A stretch of DNA of 64,000 nt from Alistipes sp. (GCA_045603645.1 JAZUMN010000084.1:7019-71018); one strand, 5' to 3'; shown: positions 46,975-57,054, counted from the first letter of the stretch. Translations and numbers: made by a program. Notes: generated from the letters alone by a model not told the origin.

Positions 46975-49167
46975 ATGAGGAAGTTATTATACATACTTGC
47001 AAGTCTGGCCGTAGTACTTACAGCCGCTTGTAGCAAGGAGGAGGATTTTATCCAAGAGGGTAAGGGTGCTGTAACATTCTCATTCCCTGTAACTCGTGCC
47101 GATGTGGATGAGGCAACTTACCAGATGATGAAGTTCCGCATCTACTCCGTCTCGGCAAGTGGCGAGAAAGCTCTGGTGCGTCTTTACACCTGGGACGAGA
47201 TTAAGGATATGAAGCTATGGCTCGTGGCAGGCTCATACTCAATCGATGTTGAGGGCGGTGTTAAGTCGCCAGCCTCGTTTACCGACATCTACTACTACGG
47301 CAGTGAGCCATTCACGTTGAGTGCAGGCGAGGAGAAGACGGTAACGGTTAAGGTGCAGCCCCGGAATGTTCTTGTCAAGGTGGTATTCGATGCCAGCATA
47401 GCCAAGAATGTGGAGGGTGCGCAGGCCGTTGTAGCCATAGATGATGAGTTCGACTTTGACAGAATTACAAGTCAGGAGGTTCCATCGCTTGTCTATAAGC
47501 AGACCGCAGTCGGATACTTCACCGTTGAGGAGGGTGAGGATTCGTTTGTGTGGAACTTTGCGGGTAAGGTGCCCAGCAAGAACACGGAGGTAGATAAGTT
47601 CGGTAAATATACACCTGTGGGAGGCTTTAAGACGGGTTATCAGTACACCATTAAGTTTAAGTACTCGCCCGACCTGCCTGGTTACATCACTCTTAGCGTG
47701 AATGTCGATACCACGGAGGATATCAAGAACAGCGACCTGGTGTTTAAGCCCGAGCCTCAGATTGAGGGTGCTACCACATTGCGTGCATACGAGGGTATGG
47801 AGGCTGTGACCTACAACGTGAAGGCTATCAACGAGCTCGCAACGATGAATGTTACCGTGGGCGGAAAGACCTACTCATACTCAACGGCCGAAGATGCGGT
47901 AAATAGTAACGACGGCTACTTCACCGTGGAGCAGGAGAATGAGAGGTCCAATCTGAACTGGAAGGTGACACTTGCCGATAATCTTATCAAGACTCTGAAA
48001 GCGGGTCCTCAGGCTGTGCTTTTTACAGCTGTCGATGTCGAAGGCGTTGAGGGCGAAATTGAGGCTACATACTCGGGTGAAGGTACTTTTGCAATGTCGG
48101 TTACCGATGCGTGGGCTACCAAGGCTACATTGAAGGCCTATGTGAATAACGGTGCAGCCGCCAATGTGAAGATTTATTATCGTGAGATATCGCCAGCAAC
48201 CGCAGATTGGTCGGTTGCAAATGCAACATACCTCTCGGATAATATCTACACGGCAGCGGTTACGGGCATAGACGGAAAGCGCACATACGAGTATTACCTC
48301 AGCTATGGTGATGCGCAGAAGGGCGTAAGCGCAACATTCAGAACAGGCGGAGCAGCTATTCCACGCGGTGACTTGGAGGTTTGGAGCGGCTCAATGCCGA
48401 TGTGCCCATCTGAGTATACAGGCAAGAACCAGTCGCTTACCTGGGATACGGGTAACCACGGCTCGGAGATGGCCGACACGAATGTTACGGTCAGAAGTAC
48501 CGATGTTCGCGCGGGATCTACGGGACAATATTCGGCATACCTCACGTCAGTGAAGGCTTCGGTGATGGGTATTGGTAAGTTTGCTGCGGGCAACATCTTC
48601 TACGGTCGTTTTGTTGCTTTGGATGGTACGAATGGTATCTTGCAGTTTGGTCAGCCATTTACGTTTGACTACAAGCCCAAGAAGTTGGTTGTATGGTATA
48701 AGGGTAATGTTGGTACGGTCAATCATTCGGGCGGAGGCCTGAGCGAGGGCGACAGCGATAAGGCTCACATATTTGTGTGGCTGTACGATAATACCCACTC
48801 GGCATTGGCAGGCACCGCAGGCCGTTATCAGGTAAATACCAAACACGCATCAACCTTTACCTCGGCTGATGGTAAGTATGTCAATGCAGGTAATGCGAAC
48901 AGTACCTCGCACAATGCCGGTGACAGGGTTGAGGGTTTGATTGCCTATGGCTATTGGAACCGTACGCAGAGCGCTTCTCAATACAATGGTCAGAATGTAA
49001 GCATCAGCTACAATGGCTGGACAAAGCTCGAAATACCTTTGGTATATGTAAACGATAAGAGACCAAATGCGTTGGTTATCTCGTGTGCTTCGTCGGCTTA
49101 TGGTGACTACTTCGCGGGTAGTACCAGCAGCACGATGTATGTAGATGACTTTGAGTTTGCCTACTAA
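46975..49167 (+). CDS. DUF4493 plus PCMD (putative carbohydrate metabolism domain) lipoprotein
   Basis: Lipobox LTAA-C-SKEED, 'VTRA', C-terminal 'WDTGN', 'GKFAAGNIF', 'GDYFAGS...YVDDFEFAY'. Confidence 0.8.
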   Translation: MRKLLYILASLAVVLTAACSKEEDFIQEGKGAVTFSFPVTRADVDEATYQMMKFRIYSVSASGEKALVRLYTWDEIKDMKLWLVAGSYSIDVEGGVKSPASFTDIYYYGSEPFTLSAGEEKTVTVKVQPRNVLVKVVFDASIAKNVEGAQAVVAIDDEFDFDRITSQEVPSLVYKQTAVGYFTVEEGEDSFVWNFAGKVPSKNTEVDKFGKYTPVGGFKTGYQYTIKFKYSPDLPGYITLSVNVDTTEDIKNSDLVFKPEPQIEGATTLRAYEGMEAVTYNVKAINELATMNVTVGGKTYSYSTAEDAVNSNDGYFTVEQENERSNLNWKVTLADNLIKTLKAGPQAVLFTAVDVEGVEGEIEATYSGEGTFAMSVTDAWATKATLKAYVNNGAAANVKIYYREISPATADWSVANATYLSDNIYTAAVTGIDGKRTYEYYLSYGDAQKGVSATFRTGGAAIPRGDLEVWSGSMPMCPSEYTGKNQSLTWDTGNHGSEMADTNVTVRSTDVRAGSTGQYSAYLTSVKASVMGIGKFAAGNIFYGRFVALDGTNGILQFGQPFTFDYKPKKLVVWYKGNVGTVNHSGGGLSEGDSDKAHIFVWLYDNTHSALAGTAGRYQVNTKHASTFTSADGKYVNAGNANSTSHNAGDRVEGLIAYGYWNRTQSASQYNGQNVSISYNGWTKLEIPLVYVNDKRPNALVISCASSAYGDYFAGSTSSTMYVDDFEFAY

Positions 49168-49244
49168 TCGGGCTCAGTAGGCGATATTTGCGCAGGGCGG
49201 GCTTGACCGCCTTCCCTGCGACTATGATAATTAAAAAGAGAATA

Positions 49245-50012
49245 ATGCGAACATTTTTTATATTGCTGCTGGTATTGATGTGTGGCGTTAAGGAGGCTGC
49301 GGCGCAGGACTCGGTTCGTATGGAACGTGAACAAAGACGAGCCGGACGAGGTCTGGTTGAGATGAAGAATTTGTTTGTTCCCAAGGGACAGTGGATTTTT
49401 GGCGGCACAGCATCATATTCAACCCACGAGAATGGTAATTACAAGTTGCTTATCTTGGAGGATATAAACTCCTTGGGCTACACCGTCAAGGCGAGCCCTA
49501 TGGTGGCTTATGCCGTTGCCGATAATATGGCGTTGGGAGGCAGGTTTAATTACAGCCGTAATTTCCTGAAAATAGATAGCGCCAGCCTCTCGTTTGGTGA
49601 TGAGGAGACAGGTACACACATCTCGACAGACTACTATTATGCCTTGCAGCACTCTTACTCGGCGGGTGTCATATGGCGTTATTATATTCCGCTGGGGCGC
49701 AATAAGCGCTTTGCCCTCTTTAACGAGGTGCAACTCTCGGCGGGTGCTTCAAGGGCTAAGTTCGCTACCGACAGCCCCGTACGAGGCACCTTCTCGGAGT
49801 CTTTCGATGTGGCGCTGGGTGTCAATCCCGGAGTTATAGCCTTCGCCTCGAATGTGATGGCCGTGGAGGTTAATGTGGGTATGATGGGTATAAGTTACAG
49901 TCACACCAAGCAGGTGCATAATCAGGTTGCGACGGGAAAGTCAAGTTCAAGTTTTATGAATTTCTCGGTCAATCTGCTCTCGATAGGTTTGGGTGTTTCA
50001 TTTTATATGTAA
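49245..50012 (+). CDS. Outer-membrane beta-barrel protein
   Basis: Signal peptide MRTFF...AAA-Q, alternating amphipathic strands, C-terminal 'GLGVSFYM'. Confidence 0.75.
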   Translation: MRTFFILLLVLMCGVKEAAAQDSVRMEREQRRAGRGLVEMKNLFVPKGQWIFGGTASYSTHENGNYKLLILEDINSLGYTVKASPMVAYAVADNMALGGRFNYSRNFLKIDSASLSFGDEETGTHISTDYYYALQHSYSAGVIWRYYIPLGRNKRFALFNEVQLSAGASRAKFATDSPVRGTFSESFDVALGVNPGVIAFASNVMAVEVNVGMMGISYSHTKQVHNQVATGKSSSSFMNFSVNLLSIGLGVSFYM

Positions 50013-50018
50013 TGAGGT

Positions 50019-50897
50019 ATGAGAAGATTAGTTTTTAGCTTGATTGTCTTGTGCCTGAGCATATTGGATGTGGCAGCGCAGGAGAAGAGCAAGAAAGAAG
50101 CAAAGAGCGATGTGAAGGCAAATGTTACGGTGCAGACTTCAAAGTCGCGTGAGGGCTTTGAACTCTCAAACAGGTTTATGCCTACGGCACGCCGTATAGA
50201 CCGCGAGATAAATAAGAATGTATTTGCCTATAAGGGTGAGGTTGCGCTGGGTTTGACGGCTTCGTACGGAACGCTGTCGAGCGATAACAGCGACATCTTC
50301 GCTCTGTTGGAGCACGTTAATCTGTCGGGTTCGATAACCACCATATCGCCTTATGTGGGCTACTTCTTTAAGGATAATGCCTGCATAGGTCTGAGGATGG
50401 GCTATACATATATGGGCGGCACGGTGGATAATGTGGATTTGAACCTGGGCAGTGCCAACGATATAGATATAAAGATTCCCTGGGTGGATGCCAACAGCAA
50501 CAGTGTGAAGGTCAGTGCCTTTATGCGTCACTATGCAGCCATCGACAAGGCGGGTCGCTTTGGCGTGTTTAGCGAGTTGGAGGCGTCGTATGCCTTCGGC
50601 GAGAATAGTATGGGTTTCCGCTCGGGTGATGAGCCTATGAAGTTCACCGAGTCGCGCAATGCTACGGCCAAGTTGTGGTTCAACCCGGGTGTGGCGGTCT
50701 ATATGTTCCCCAATGTGTGTGTCACGGTGTCGTTCGGTATGGGTGGCTTTAAGTACACCACCATCAAGCAGTACGATGCAAGTGGTGAGCAGACGGGCTC
50801 GCGCACAATTTCGAAGCTGCGTTTCCGTTTGAATGTGGCGGATATTCACTTTGGTATGAACATCCATCTGTGGTCAAAAAAAGGTAAGAGAAAATGA
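50019..50897 (+). CDS. Outer-membrane beta-barrel protein, paralogue of the upstream gene
   Basis: Signal peptide. Shares the pattern 'F..KG....G.TASY', 'SP.V.Y...DN', 'RF..F.E', 'NPG' with 49245-50012. Confidence 0.75.
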   Translation: MRRLVFSLIVLCLSILDVAAQEKSKKEAKSDVKANVTVQTSKSREGFELSNRFMPTARRIDREINKNVFAYKGEVALGLTASYGTLSSDNSDIFALLEHVNLSGSITTISPYVGYFFKDNACIGLRMGYTYMGGTVDNVDLNLGSANDIDIKIPWVDANSNSVKVSAFMRHYAAIDKAGRFGVFSELEASYAFGENSMGFRSGDEPMKFTESRNATAKLWFNPGVAVYMFPNVCVTVSFGMGGFKYTTIKQYDASGEQTGSRTISKLRFRLNVADIHFGMNIHLWSKKGKRK

Positions 50898-52516
50898 GGT
50901 TTATAAGTAAAATATATGCGTCTGTATGCGTTGTTGCGGCGCTGTGCTTTCCGGCTTGTATCGAGAACGATTTGCCATACCCCGTTGTGGAGTTGCAAAT
51001 CAAGTCTATTGCTGTCGAGGGTATTGTGGGCCAGCCTGCAATCGACGAAGCGAGCCGCACCGTGACGGTAGAGTTGCAGGAGCAGACTGACATACAGAAT
51101 GTCAATATTACGGCTGTGGAATATACTGAGAATGCCACACCCTCTTTGGATATTGTCGGCACACACGATATGCGAGCACCGCTCCACGTCACTTTGTCGC
51201 TCTATCAGGACTATGTGTGGGAGATAAATGCTACGCAAACCATCGAGCGCGAGTTCACGGTTGAGGGGCAGATAGGTGCTACGGAGTGGGATGTCAAGAA
51301 CCGCAAGGCTACGGTCTATGTGGGCTTCGACGACCACACAAACATAAAGGTCACATCCCTGAAACTTGCCGCTGCCGACATCACAACCTACGAGTGGGCG
51401 GATGGTATTGACCCCAATGATTTCAGTTCAGTGCGATATGTATATGTCACTTGTCATGGCCGCACCGAGCGTTGGAGCCTGTACGTCAAGACGACCAATG
51501 TGGTTGTCGATATCGTCGGGGCAGATGCGTGGGCAAAGGTTATGTGGCTCTATGGCGAGGGTCTGAGTGGCACCGACCTGGGCTTTAAGTACCGCGAGGC
51601 GGGCCGTGAGGAGTGGCTCACGGCAGAGGATGTAAAGGTCGAGGGCGGCTCGTTCTCGGCGTGCGTCAAGGGGTTGAAGACACAAACCGAGTATGAGATA
51701 ATGGCTTATTCCGATGATAACACCTCTGCCGTGCAGCGTGTGCGCACCGAGGATGTGGCGCCACTCGTAAATGCGGGCTTTGAGGAGTGGGCGACCATCA
51801 AGAAGATTGTATGCCCCTACCTCTCGGAGGAGAGTGCCTTCTGGGGTACGGGTAACCCGGGTGCGGCGGCTGTGAGTGCCACCGTGACCGATAAGAGCGA
51901 GGATGTGCGCGAGGGCGTCGAGGGTCGCTACTCGGTTAAGTTGGAGTCTAAGTTTGCCAATCTGCTGGGTATAGGTAAGTTCGCTGCGGGTAACCTCTTT
52001 GTGGGTAAGTATATCTCTACGGTGGGCACCGACGGCATCGTGGGCTTTGGACATAGATTCACGGCGCGTCCTGTGGCTCTGCGCCTGTGGATGAAGTATA
52101 ACTGTGGCGCTATCGACCGCATTGGCACCTTGCCTGCGGGCAGTGAGTTGCAGCTGGGCGACAACGACACAGGCTCGGTATTTATCGCGCTGGGCGACTG
52201 GACCAAGGAGGAGTATGGCAAGGATAAGAATGGCGATATTAAGGGCACGGACGAATATCCGTTGGTTGTCGATACGCGCAGCCAGGCGACCTTCTTTAAC
52301 CCTAAGGCAGCGGCTGTGATAGCCTATGGCGAGCGACTCTTTACCGAGAGCGTTGGCGAGTGGCAGCAGGTAACCATTCCGTTGGAGTATGTCTCTACGT
52401 CGCGCGTGCCAACGCACCTTACCATAGTATGCTCTGCCTCACGCCTTGGCGACTACTTTACGGGCAGCACGCAGAGTGTTATGTGGCTCGACGATATGGA
52501 ACTGCTGTATGAGTAA
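50894..52516 (+). CDS. PCMD-domain lipoprotein
   Basis: Lipobox CFPA-C, 'NAGFEEW', 'WGTGNPG', 'GKFAAGNLF', 'GDYFTGS...WLDDMELLY'. Confidence 0.82.
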   Translation: MRFISKIYASVCVVAALCFPACIENDLPYPVVELQIKSIAVEGIVGQPAIDEASRTVTVELQEQTDIQNVNITAVEYTENATPSLDIVGTHDMRAPLHVTLSLYQDYVWEINATQTIEREFTVEGQIGATEWDVKNRKATVYVGFDDHTNIKVTSLKLAAADITTYEWADGIDPNDFSSVRYVYVTCHGRTERWSLYVKTTNVVVDIVGADAWAKVMWLYGEGLSGTDLGFKYREAGREEWLTAEDVKVEGGSFSACVKGLKTQTEYEIMAYSDDNTSAVQRVRTEDVAPLVNAGFEEWATIKKIVCPYLSEESAFWGTGNPGAAAVSATVTDKSEDVREGVEGRYSVKLESKFANLLGIGKFAAGNLFVGKYISTVGTDGIVGFGHRFTARPVALRLWMKYNCGAIDRIGTLPAGSELQLGDNDTGSVFIALGDWTKEEYGKDKNGDIKGTDEYPLVVDTRSQATFFNPKAAAVIAYGERLFTESVGEWQQVTIPLEYVSTSRVPTHLTIVCSASRLGDYFTGSTQSVMWLDDMELLYE

Positions 52517-52532
52517 TCGGGAAATAGCAAAG

Positions 52533-52572
52533 AAAACCTCCTGCAGCTATATTGGTTGCAGGAGGTTTTTTA
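52533..52572. terminator. Bidirectional intrinsic terminator
   Basis: aaaacctcctgcagc/gttgcaggaggtttttt between convergent genes. Confidence 0.85.
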
Positions 52573-52582
52573 TCCAAGACTT

Positions 52583-54022
52583 TTATATTTTCTGTTTCCT
52601 ATTTTCTATTTGAGGGTCTGTGTATTCAATATTTTGCCATACTACCTGTCCCCATTTGTTAATGTATGAGATGATTTGATTGTTGCCATTTTTAATTTTT
52701 ACTTTTGCTAAATTACCATTAAACGGTTCTGCATAATTATATTGATATGGAATTATAAGTTCAAAATCAGAATTTATATATCCCCATTTCCCGTCTTTCT
52801 TAACGGCTGCTAATCCATTAGAAAATGGCAATGCGTCGTGAAACACGTAATTAGAGTCTGTTCCCATTATACACAGATGCTTGTTTACATAAAACCAAGA
52901 CGAACCTAAATTTTTAAAATTCATATATTGACAAGGAATTAAATCCTCGGCACATTCTCTAGCGTAGGTAATTGGGATTTCAGAACCAAGATAAGCCCGA
53001 AAACTGGGTGTAGATTTTAATTCTAATTGTTGCTTTTTAGACAACTGTTCAAAAGTTGGTATTTTAGTTCCATCATATGTATTAAAAAATCTACTGCTGC
53101 ACCCAAATCCAGATAGTGCACCAGTGTTTTGAACTATAATGTTTTCGCAAAAAGTAAAAAGTAATCCATGCTTCCAAGGATTTTCCATTTTTGGCAATCC
53201 AATACTAGACATATCCGCATCAAATTCTTCTCCAATATTGGGCATAATCTTAATTATTCTACCATTTTCGTCAAGTAGATTTGCGGTATATTTAATGCCG
53301 TTAGCAGTATTAATAGCTATAAATCCGATACTTCTGTTATTTTTATATGGTATCAGACAATTGTAAGGTGTTGTTGATATATTATCATTAGCAGTACCAC
53401 AAAAAATAAAATTTGTTAAACTTTTATTGGAGGAAGTGATAATTTTCCATTTACATTCATACTCAAGTAATGATATCGCTTGTCCAGCTTTTAGCTCGCT
53501 TAACATTGATGCGAATGATTGTTGGACATATGTTTTATTTTCACTAAATGGCAAACCATTACCATATTCGTGAGGAATAATAGTATCTCCTTTGATGTTT
53601 ATATAACCGTATAACGGTTCAGGTTTATCATCTTCATTTCGATTTAAAGCCAATCCGCAGTTAAAATTAAACTTATTCAGATAATCAATCACTTTATCCT
53701 TATTGTCTCTAAATATATATGTGTCTGGTTTTAGGGTAAAATCATTTTTGAAGATTTTTTTATTACGATGATTAATGTAATTATACTTATAACGGAATTT
53801 TTCCAAATCATTTGTAAATAAAGTGTCTATAACGACTAATGCAATCCCTTCGTTAAAATCTGTAGCATACATATAGCTGGGAGGGATTACCTCTTCCCCA
53901 AACTCATTAATGAATCCGAATTTTGCATCTACTTCAATCTTATACAATTGTTCATCCAAATTTGATTTCATCGAACACGATTGTATAATAAGCCCCAATA
54001 AAATAAATATATATTTTTTCAT
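52583..54022 (-). CDS. WG-repeat (KWG) lipoprotein
   Basis: Lipobox IIQS-C after MKKYIF. Repeats 'KFGFIN..GE.VIP..Y....F.EGIA', 'YGYINIKG', 'KWGYIN'. AT-rich. Confidence 0.88.
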   Translation of the reverse strand: MKKYIFILLGLIIQSCSMKSNLDEQLYKIEVDAKFGFINEFGEEVIPPSYMYATDFNEGIALVVIDTLFTNDLEKFRYKYNYINHRNKKIFKNDFTLKPDTYIFRDNKDKVIDYLNKFNFNCGLALNRNEDDKPEPLYGYINIKGDTIIPHEYGNGLPFSENKTYVQQSFASMLSELKAGQAISLLEYECKWKIITSSNKSLTNFIFCGTANDNISTTPYNCLIPYKNNRSIGFIAINTANGIKYTANLLDENGRIIKIMPNIGEEFDADMSSIGLPKMENPWKHGLLFTFCENIIVQNTGALSGFGCSSRFFNTYDGTKIPTFEQLSKKQQLELKSTPSFRAYLGSEIPITYARECAEDLIPCQYMNFKNLGSSWFYVNKHLCIMGTDSNYVFHDALPFSNGLAAVKKDGKWGYINSDFELIIPYQYNYAEPFNGNLAKVKIKNGNNQIISYINKWGQVVWQNIEYTDPQIENRKQKI

Positions 54023-54065
54023 AATATTTTGTTGATAGTTAATGAATTTGCGTCCAATAAAATTC

Positions 54066-54521
54066 TTATTCAAATATACTAGCAATGCCAGATACTACTA
54101 GTCCAATCAATGCTATCACAATTATGGTTGCTATTGAGTTGATTACCACTTGCAAAATTAGACCTCCATAACTGTTGGATGATAAAATTGTCTGCCCTCT
54201 TTTGTTAATTAGTCTGTGTTCTGTTTTGTGCCTACTCTCTCCACAATCTACTATCGTGTATGTTGGTAACTCGCGTTTGCATTTTCCCATTAAACGATAT
54301 AATTCTCCGACTTCGGGATCTATGCTAGCTAAATCTACCATTGGATTGCGTCGTTCAATTTTTAAAATAGGATTTTTAATTGATAATTGAGAATTATCAA
54401 TAGTTGGTTTAATGTTCCCATTTTCGTCTAGTTCCTCGCACATTCTTCGTACTGGACAATCAAAACAAGGTAGGCTTCTACCACCATTGTATGGCTTGAT
54501 TTCAAAAATTCTATTAAACAT
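54066..54521 (-). CDS. Hypothetical protein with a Cys motif and a C-terminal TM anchor
   Basis: 151 aa AT-rich ORF, 'CFDCPVRRMC', hydrophobic C-terminus. Confidence 0.6.
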   Translation of the reverse strand: MFNRIFEIKPYNGGRSLPCFDCPVRRMCEELDENGNIKPTIDNSQLSIKNPILKIERRNPMVDLASIDPEVGELYRLMGKCKRELPTYTIVDCGESRHKTEHRLINKRGQTILSSNSYGGLILQVVINSIATIIVIALIGLVVSGIASIFE

Positions 54522-54566
54522 AGTGCTTGTAATATTTTTACTACCCGCACCTCGATAGTGATTTAT

Positions 54567-54752
54567 AAAAAAAAGAAAGCGTGGTGCTGAAAACTTATTT
54601 TAGTTGGATAGGCTCTGGTAAACCCGCGAATGTAAAATAAGCAACAGCCCACGCCAAGCCCATATAGGGGATGACGCGAGAAGATGTCTGCCTATTCTCC
54701 ATTCTAAATTTACCAGATTTATCCAACGAGAATAAACTTACACTTTCCGTGT
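54567..54752 (-). ncRNA. Putative structured 5' leader, long hairpin plus U-tract (copy B)
   Basis: On the minus strand: acacggaaagtgt...acgctttc-tttttttt, with stems gttggata/tatccaac, tctggtaaa/tttaccaga and cgcgtca/tggcgtg. Confidence 0.65.
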
Positions 54753-54772
54753 AAAAAATCAATATGTTGCTA

Positions 54773-54780
54773 CAAATTTA
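54773..54780 (-). promoter_or_regulatory. Sigma-A -7 element (TAaaTTTG)
   Basis: Consensus match upstream of leader copy B, followed by aacatatt as in copy A. Confidence 0.65.
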
Positions 54781-54817
54781 GAAAACAATAACGAGAAATA
54801 CAAAATAATTGGCGCAC

Positions 54818-54846
54818 AAAAAAAGGAGTCTGCGTGTGCAAACTCC
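54818..54846 (-). terminator. Intrinsic terminator of the S9 peptidase gene
   Basis: Minus strand ggagtttgc-acac-gcagactcc followed by ttttttt. Confidence 0.8.
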
Positions 54847-54870
54847 CTTAGATATGGAATAGAGAAACAA

Positions 54871-56994
54871 TTACTTCTTCAAATACTTATCCAGCCAGCC
54901 GAAGAACTCGCGGTTCCAGACGATTGAGTTTTGTGGCTTGAAGACCTGGTGTGCCTCGTTCTCGAACTCGACCAAGCGGGCATCGACACCCTTCAAGCGC
55001 GCTGCGGTGAAGGCCTGCAACGACTGCGTGTAGGGGATGCGGAAGTCGTACTCGCCCGTGATAATAAGTATAGGTGTGTCCCACTTATCGACAAACTTGT
55101 GAGGAGAGTTGGCATAAGAGCGCTGCGCGATGCGGTTCGACTTATCCCAATAGTTGCCACCGTAGTCGTGGTTGATGAAGAAGAGCTCCTCGGTCTCGCC
55201 ATACATCGACTCGAAGTTGAAGATTCCGCAGTGCGAGATAAAGGCCTTGAAGCGGCCTTCGTGGTGCCCCGCCAGGAAGTAAACCGAGTAGCCTCCGTAA
55301 GATGCGCCCACGCAACCCATGTGGTCGGTGTCGCACCAAGGCTCCTTAGCTACCTGGTCAATGGCAGCAAGGTAGTCCTGTATGTTCTGACCCGCGTAGT
55401 CGCCCGAAATCTGCTCACGCCACTCGCTGCCGAAGGATGGGCAGCCACGGCGGTTAGGCGCAACGACAACGTAGCCCTGCGCAGCCATAAGTTGGAAGTT
55501 CCAGCGGTAGCTCCAACCCTGCGACACGACGCTCTGAGGGCCTCCCTCGCAGTAGAGCAGGGTAGGATACTTCTTTGTTGGGTCGAAGTCGGGTGGCAGG
55601 ATAACCCAGGTGAGCATCTTCTTGCCGTCGGTGGTCGTAATCCAACGCTTCTGCACCTCGCCCATCTTTACATTGTCGTAAACGTGTGAGTTGATATGCG
55701 AGAGCTGTGTGAGTGCACCATCCGAGAGGTTTACCTCAAAGAGCTCCTTGTCGTGATTCAGAGTCATAAGCGTTGCAAGGCACCTGTCGCCCGCAATACT
55801 CATTGAGGCGATGTCGTGGTCACCCGTAGTGATGACCTCCACCTGAGCACTCTCAACGCCCACCTTGCACACCTGCTGCGTGCCCTCGATGGCCGAGAGG
55901 AAGTAGATTGTTGAGTTATCTTTCCAGATGACATTCTGTGCGCTGTGGTCAAAGTCGGGGGTAATATCCCTGCGCTCCTGACTCTTCACGTCGTAGATAA
56001 ACAGGCGGTCCTTGTCGGACTCATAGCCCGGAGTAGCCATCGAGCAGAAGGCAAGCAGGCTGTCGTCGGGTGACCATACGGGGTAGCGGTCGTAGCCCAC
56101 GAACTCCATAATGCGCATACCCCTGCTTGAAAGCAGCTTGTTGATGTTCAGGGTCGAGCCATCCTCGGTAGAGTAGATGAAGATGTCGGAGTCGGTAGAT
56201 ACGGCATACTCGGCACCGGTGAGTGGCTTGCAGGTGTAGGCAAGCAGCTTGCCGTTGTTGCTCCACGCAATCTCGGCAGTGTCGAAATAGGGCGCCAGAG
56301 GTGCATCCCACGCCGCCTCGGCGCCGATGATGTCCTTGTCGTTGGCAAGGCCGTCGGGGGTAAGGTCGGCAACGAAGATGTGGCTGTAATCGCCCTCATC
56401 CCAATAGTCCCAGTGGCGAGCCATAAGGTCGTCGTAGATGCGTGCCTTAGACTTGTCCATATCCTTGTAGATGTCCGATGACTTGGTGTCGGTGGCGTGT
56501 ACCTTCTTAACGTAGAAGAGCTTGTCGCCCGTGGGGGCTACGCCATAGCCCTCGATGCCACCCTCGATGTCGGTAATCTGCTTTACCGCGCCGCCCTCGG
56601 CATTCATCTGCCACAGCTGAGCCGAGCCGCTGCGGTTGGATGTAAAGTAGATGCTCTTGCCATCGGCACTCCACTGAGGGTCGGAGTTTGACGAGGTGTT
56701 GTTCGTCAGGCAAAGCTCCTCGCCTGAGCTCATATCGCGAAGATAAATCTGCGTGAGGCCCTTGTTTTCTGCCATATTGTAACGGGTGACGGCATAGAGA
56801 GCCTTGCCGCCATCGGGTGAAAGCGAGGCTGAGCCCAGACGCCCCATCTTCCACATAACGGGTGGAGTAAGGCGTGCCTCGGCGATTTCGTCGGCTGTTA
56901 ATGAGTTGTTGATGTCAAGTGTTGCGGGCTTCTCATTTATGCACGAAGCCAGCGTCATAGCGGCAATAGCCATAATAAAAGATAATTTTTTCAT
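54871..56994 (-). CDS. S9 family peptidase (dipeptidyl-peptidase 5-like), lipoprotein
   Basis: Lipobox TLAS-C, PD40 propeller ('WSPD'), 'EGGPQ', nucleophile 'GASYGG', 'DFRI', 'EAHQV'. Confidence 0.93.
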   Translation of the reverse strand: MKKLSFIMAIAAMTLASCINEKPATLDINNSLTADEIAEARLTPPVMWKMGRLGSASLSPDGGKALYAVTRYNMAENKGLTQIYLRDMSSGEELCLTNNTSSNSDPQWSADGKSIYFTSNRSGSAQLWQMNAEGGAVKQITDIEGGIEGYGVAPTGDKLFYVKKVHATDTKSSDIYKDMDKSKARIYDDLMARHWDYWDEGDYSHIFVADLTPDGLANDKDIIGAEAAWDAPLAPYFDTAEIAWSNNGKLLAYTCKPLTGAEYAVSTDSDIFIYSTEDGSTLNINKLLSSRGMRIMEFVGYDRYPVWSPDDSLLAFCSMATPGYESDKDRLFIYDVKSQERRDITPDFDHSAQNVIWKDNSTIYFLSAIEGTQQVCKVGVESAQVEVITTGDHDIASMSIAGDRCLATLMTLNHDKELFEVNLSDGALTQLSHINSHVYDNVKMGEVQKRWITTTDGKKMLTWVILPPDFDPTKKYPTLLYCEGGPQSVVSQGWSYRWNFQLMAAQGYVVVAPNRRGCPSFGSEWREQISGDYAGQNIQDYLAAIDQVAKEPWCDTDHMGCVGASYGGYSVYFLAGHHEGRFKAFISHCGIFNFESMYGETEELFFINHDYGGNYWDKSNRIAQRSYANSPHKFVDKWDTPILIITGEYDFRIPYTQSLQAFTAARLKGVDARLVEFENEAHQVFKPQNSIVWNREFFGWLDKYLKK

Positions 56995-57054
56995 GTTATT
57001 ATATCGGGTTTTAACTTCAATTTCGTATTTTTGTACGAGTAAACTACTACATAA

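Noticed and set aside
42458-52516. Classical polysaccharide utilisation locus
   Set aside because: No SusC/SusD pair, no recognisable CAZyme and no sensor-regulator.
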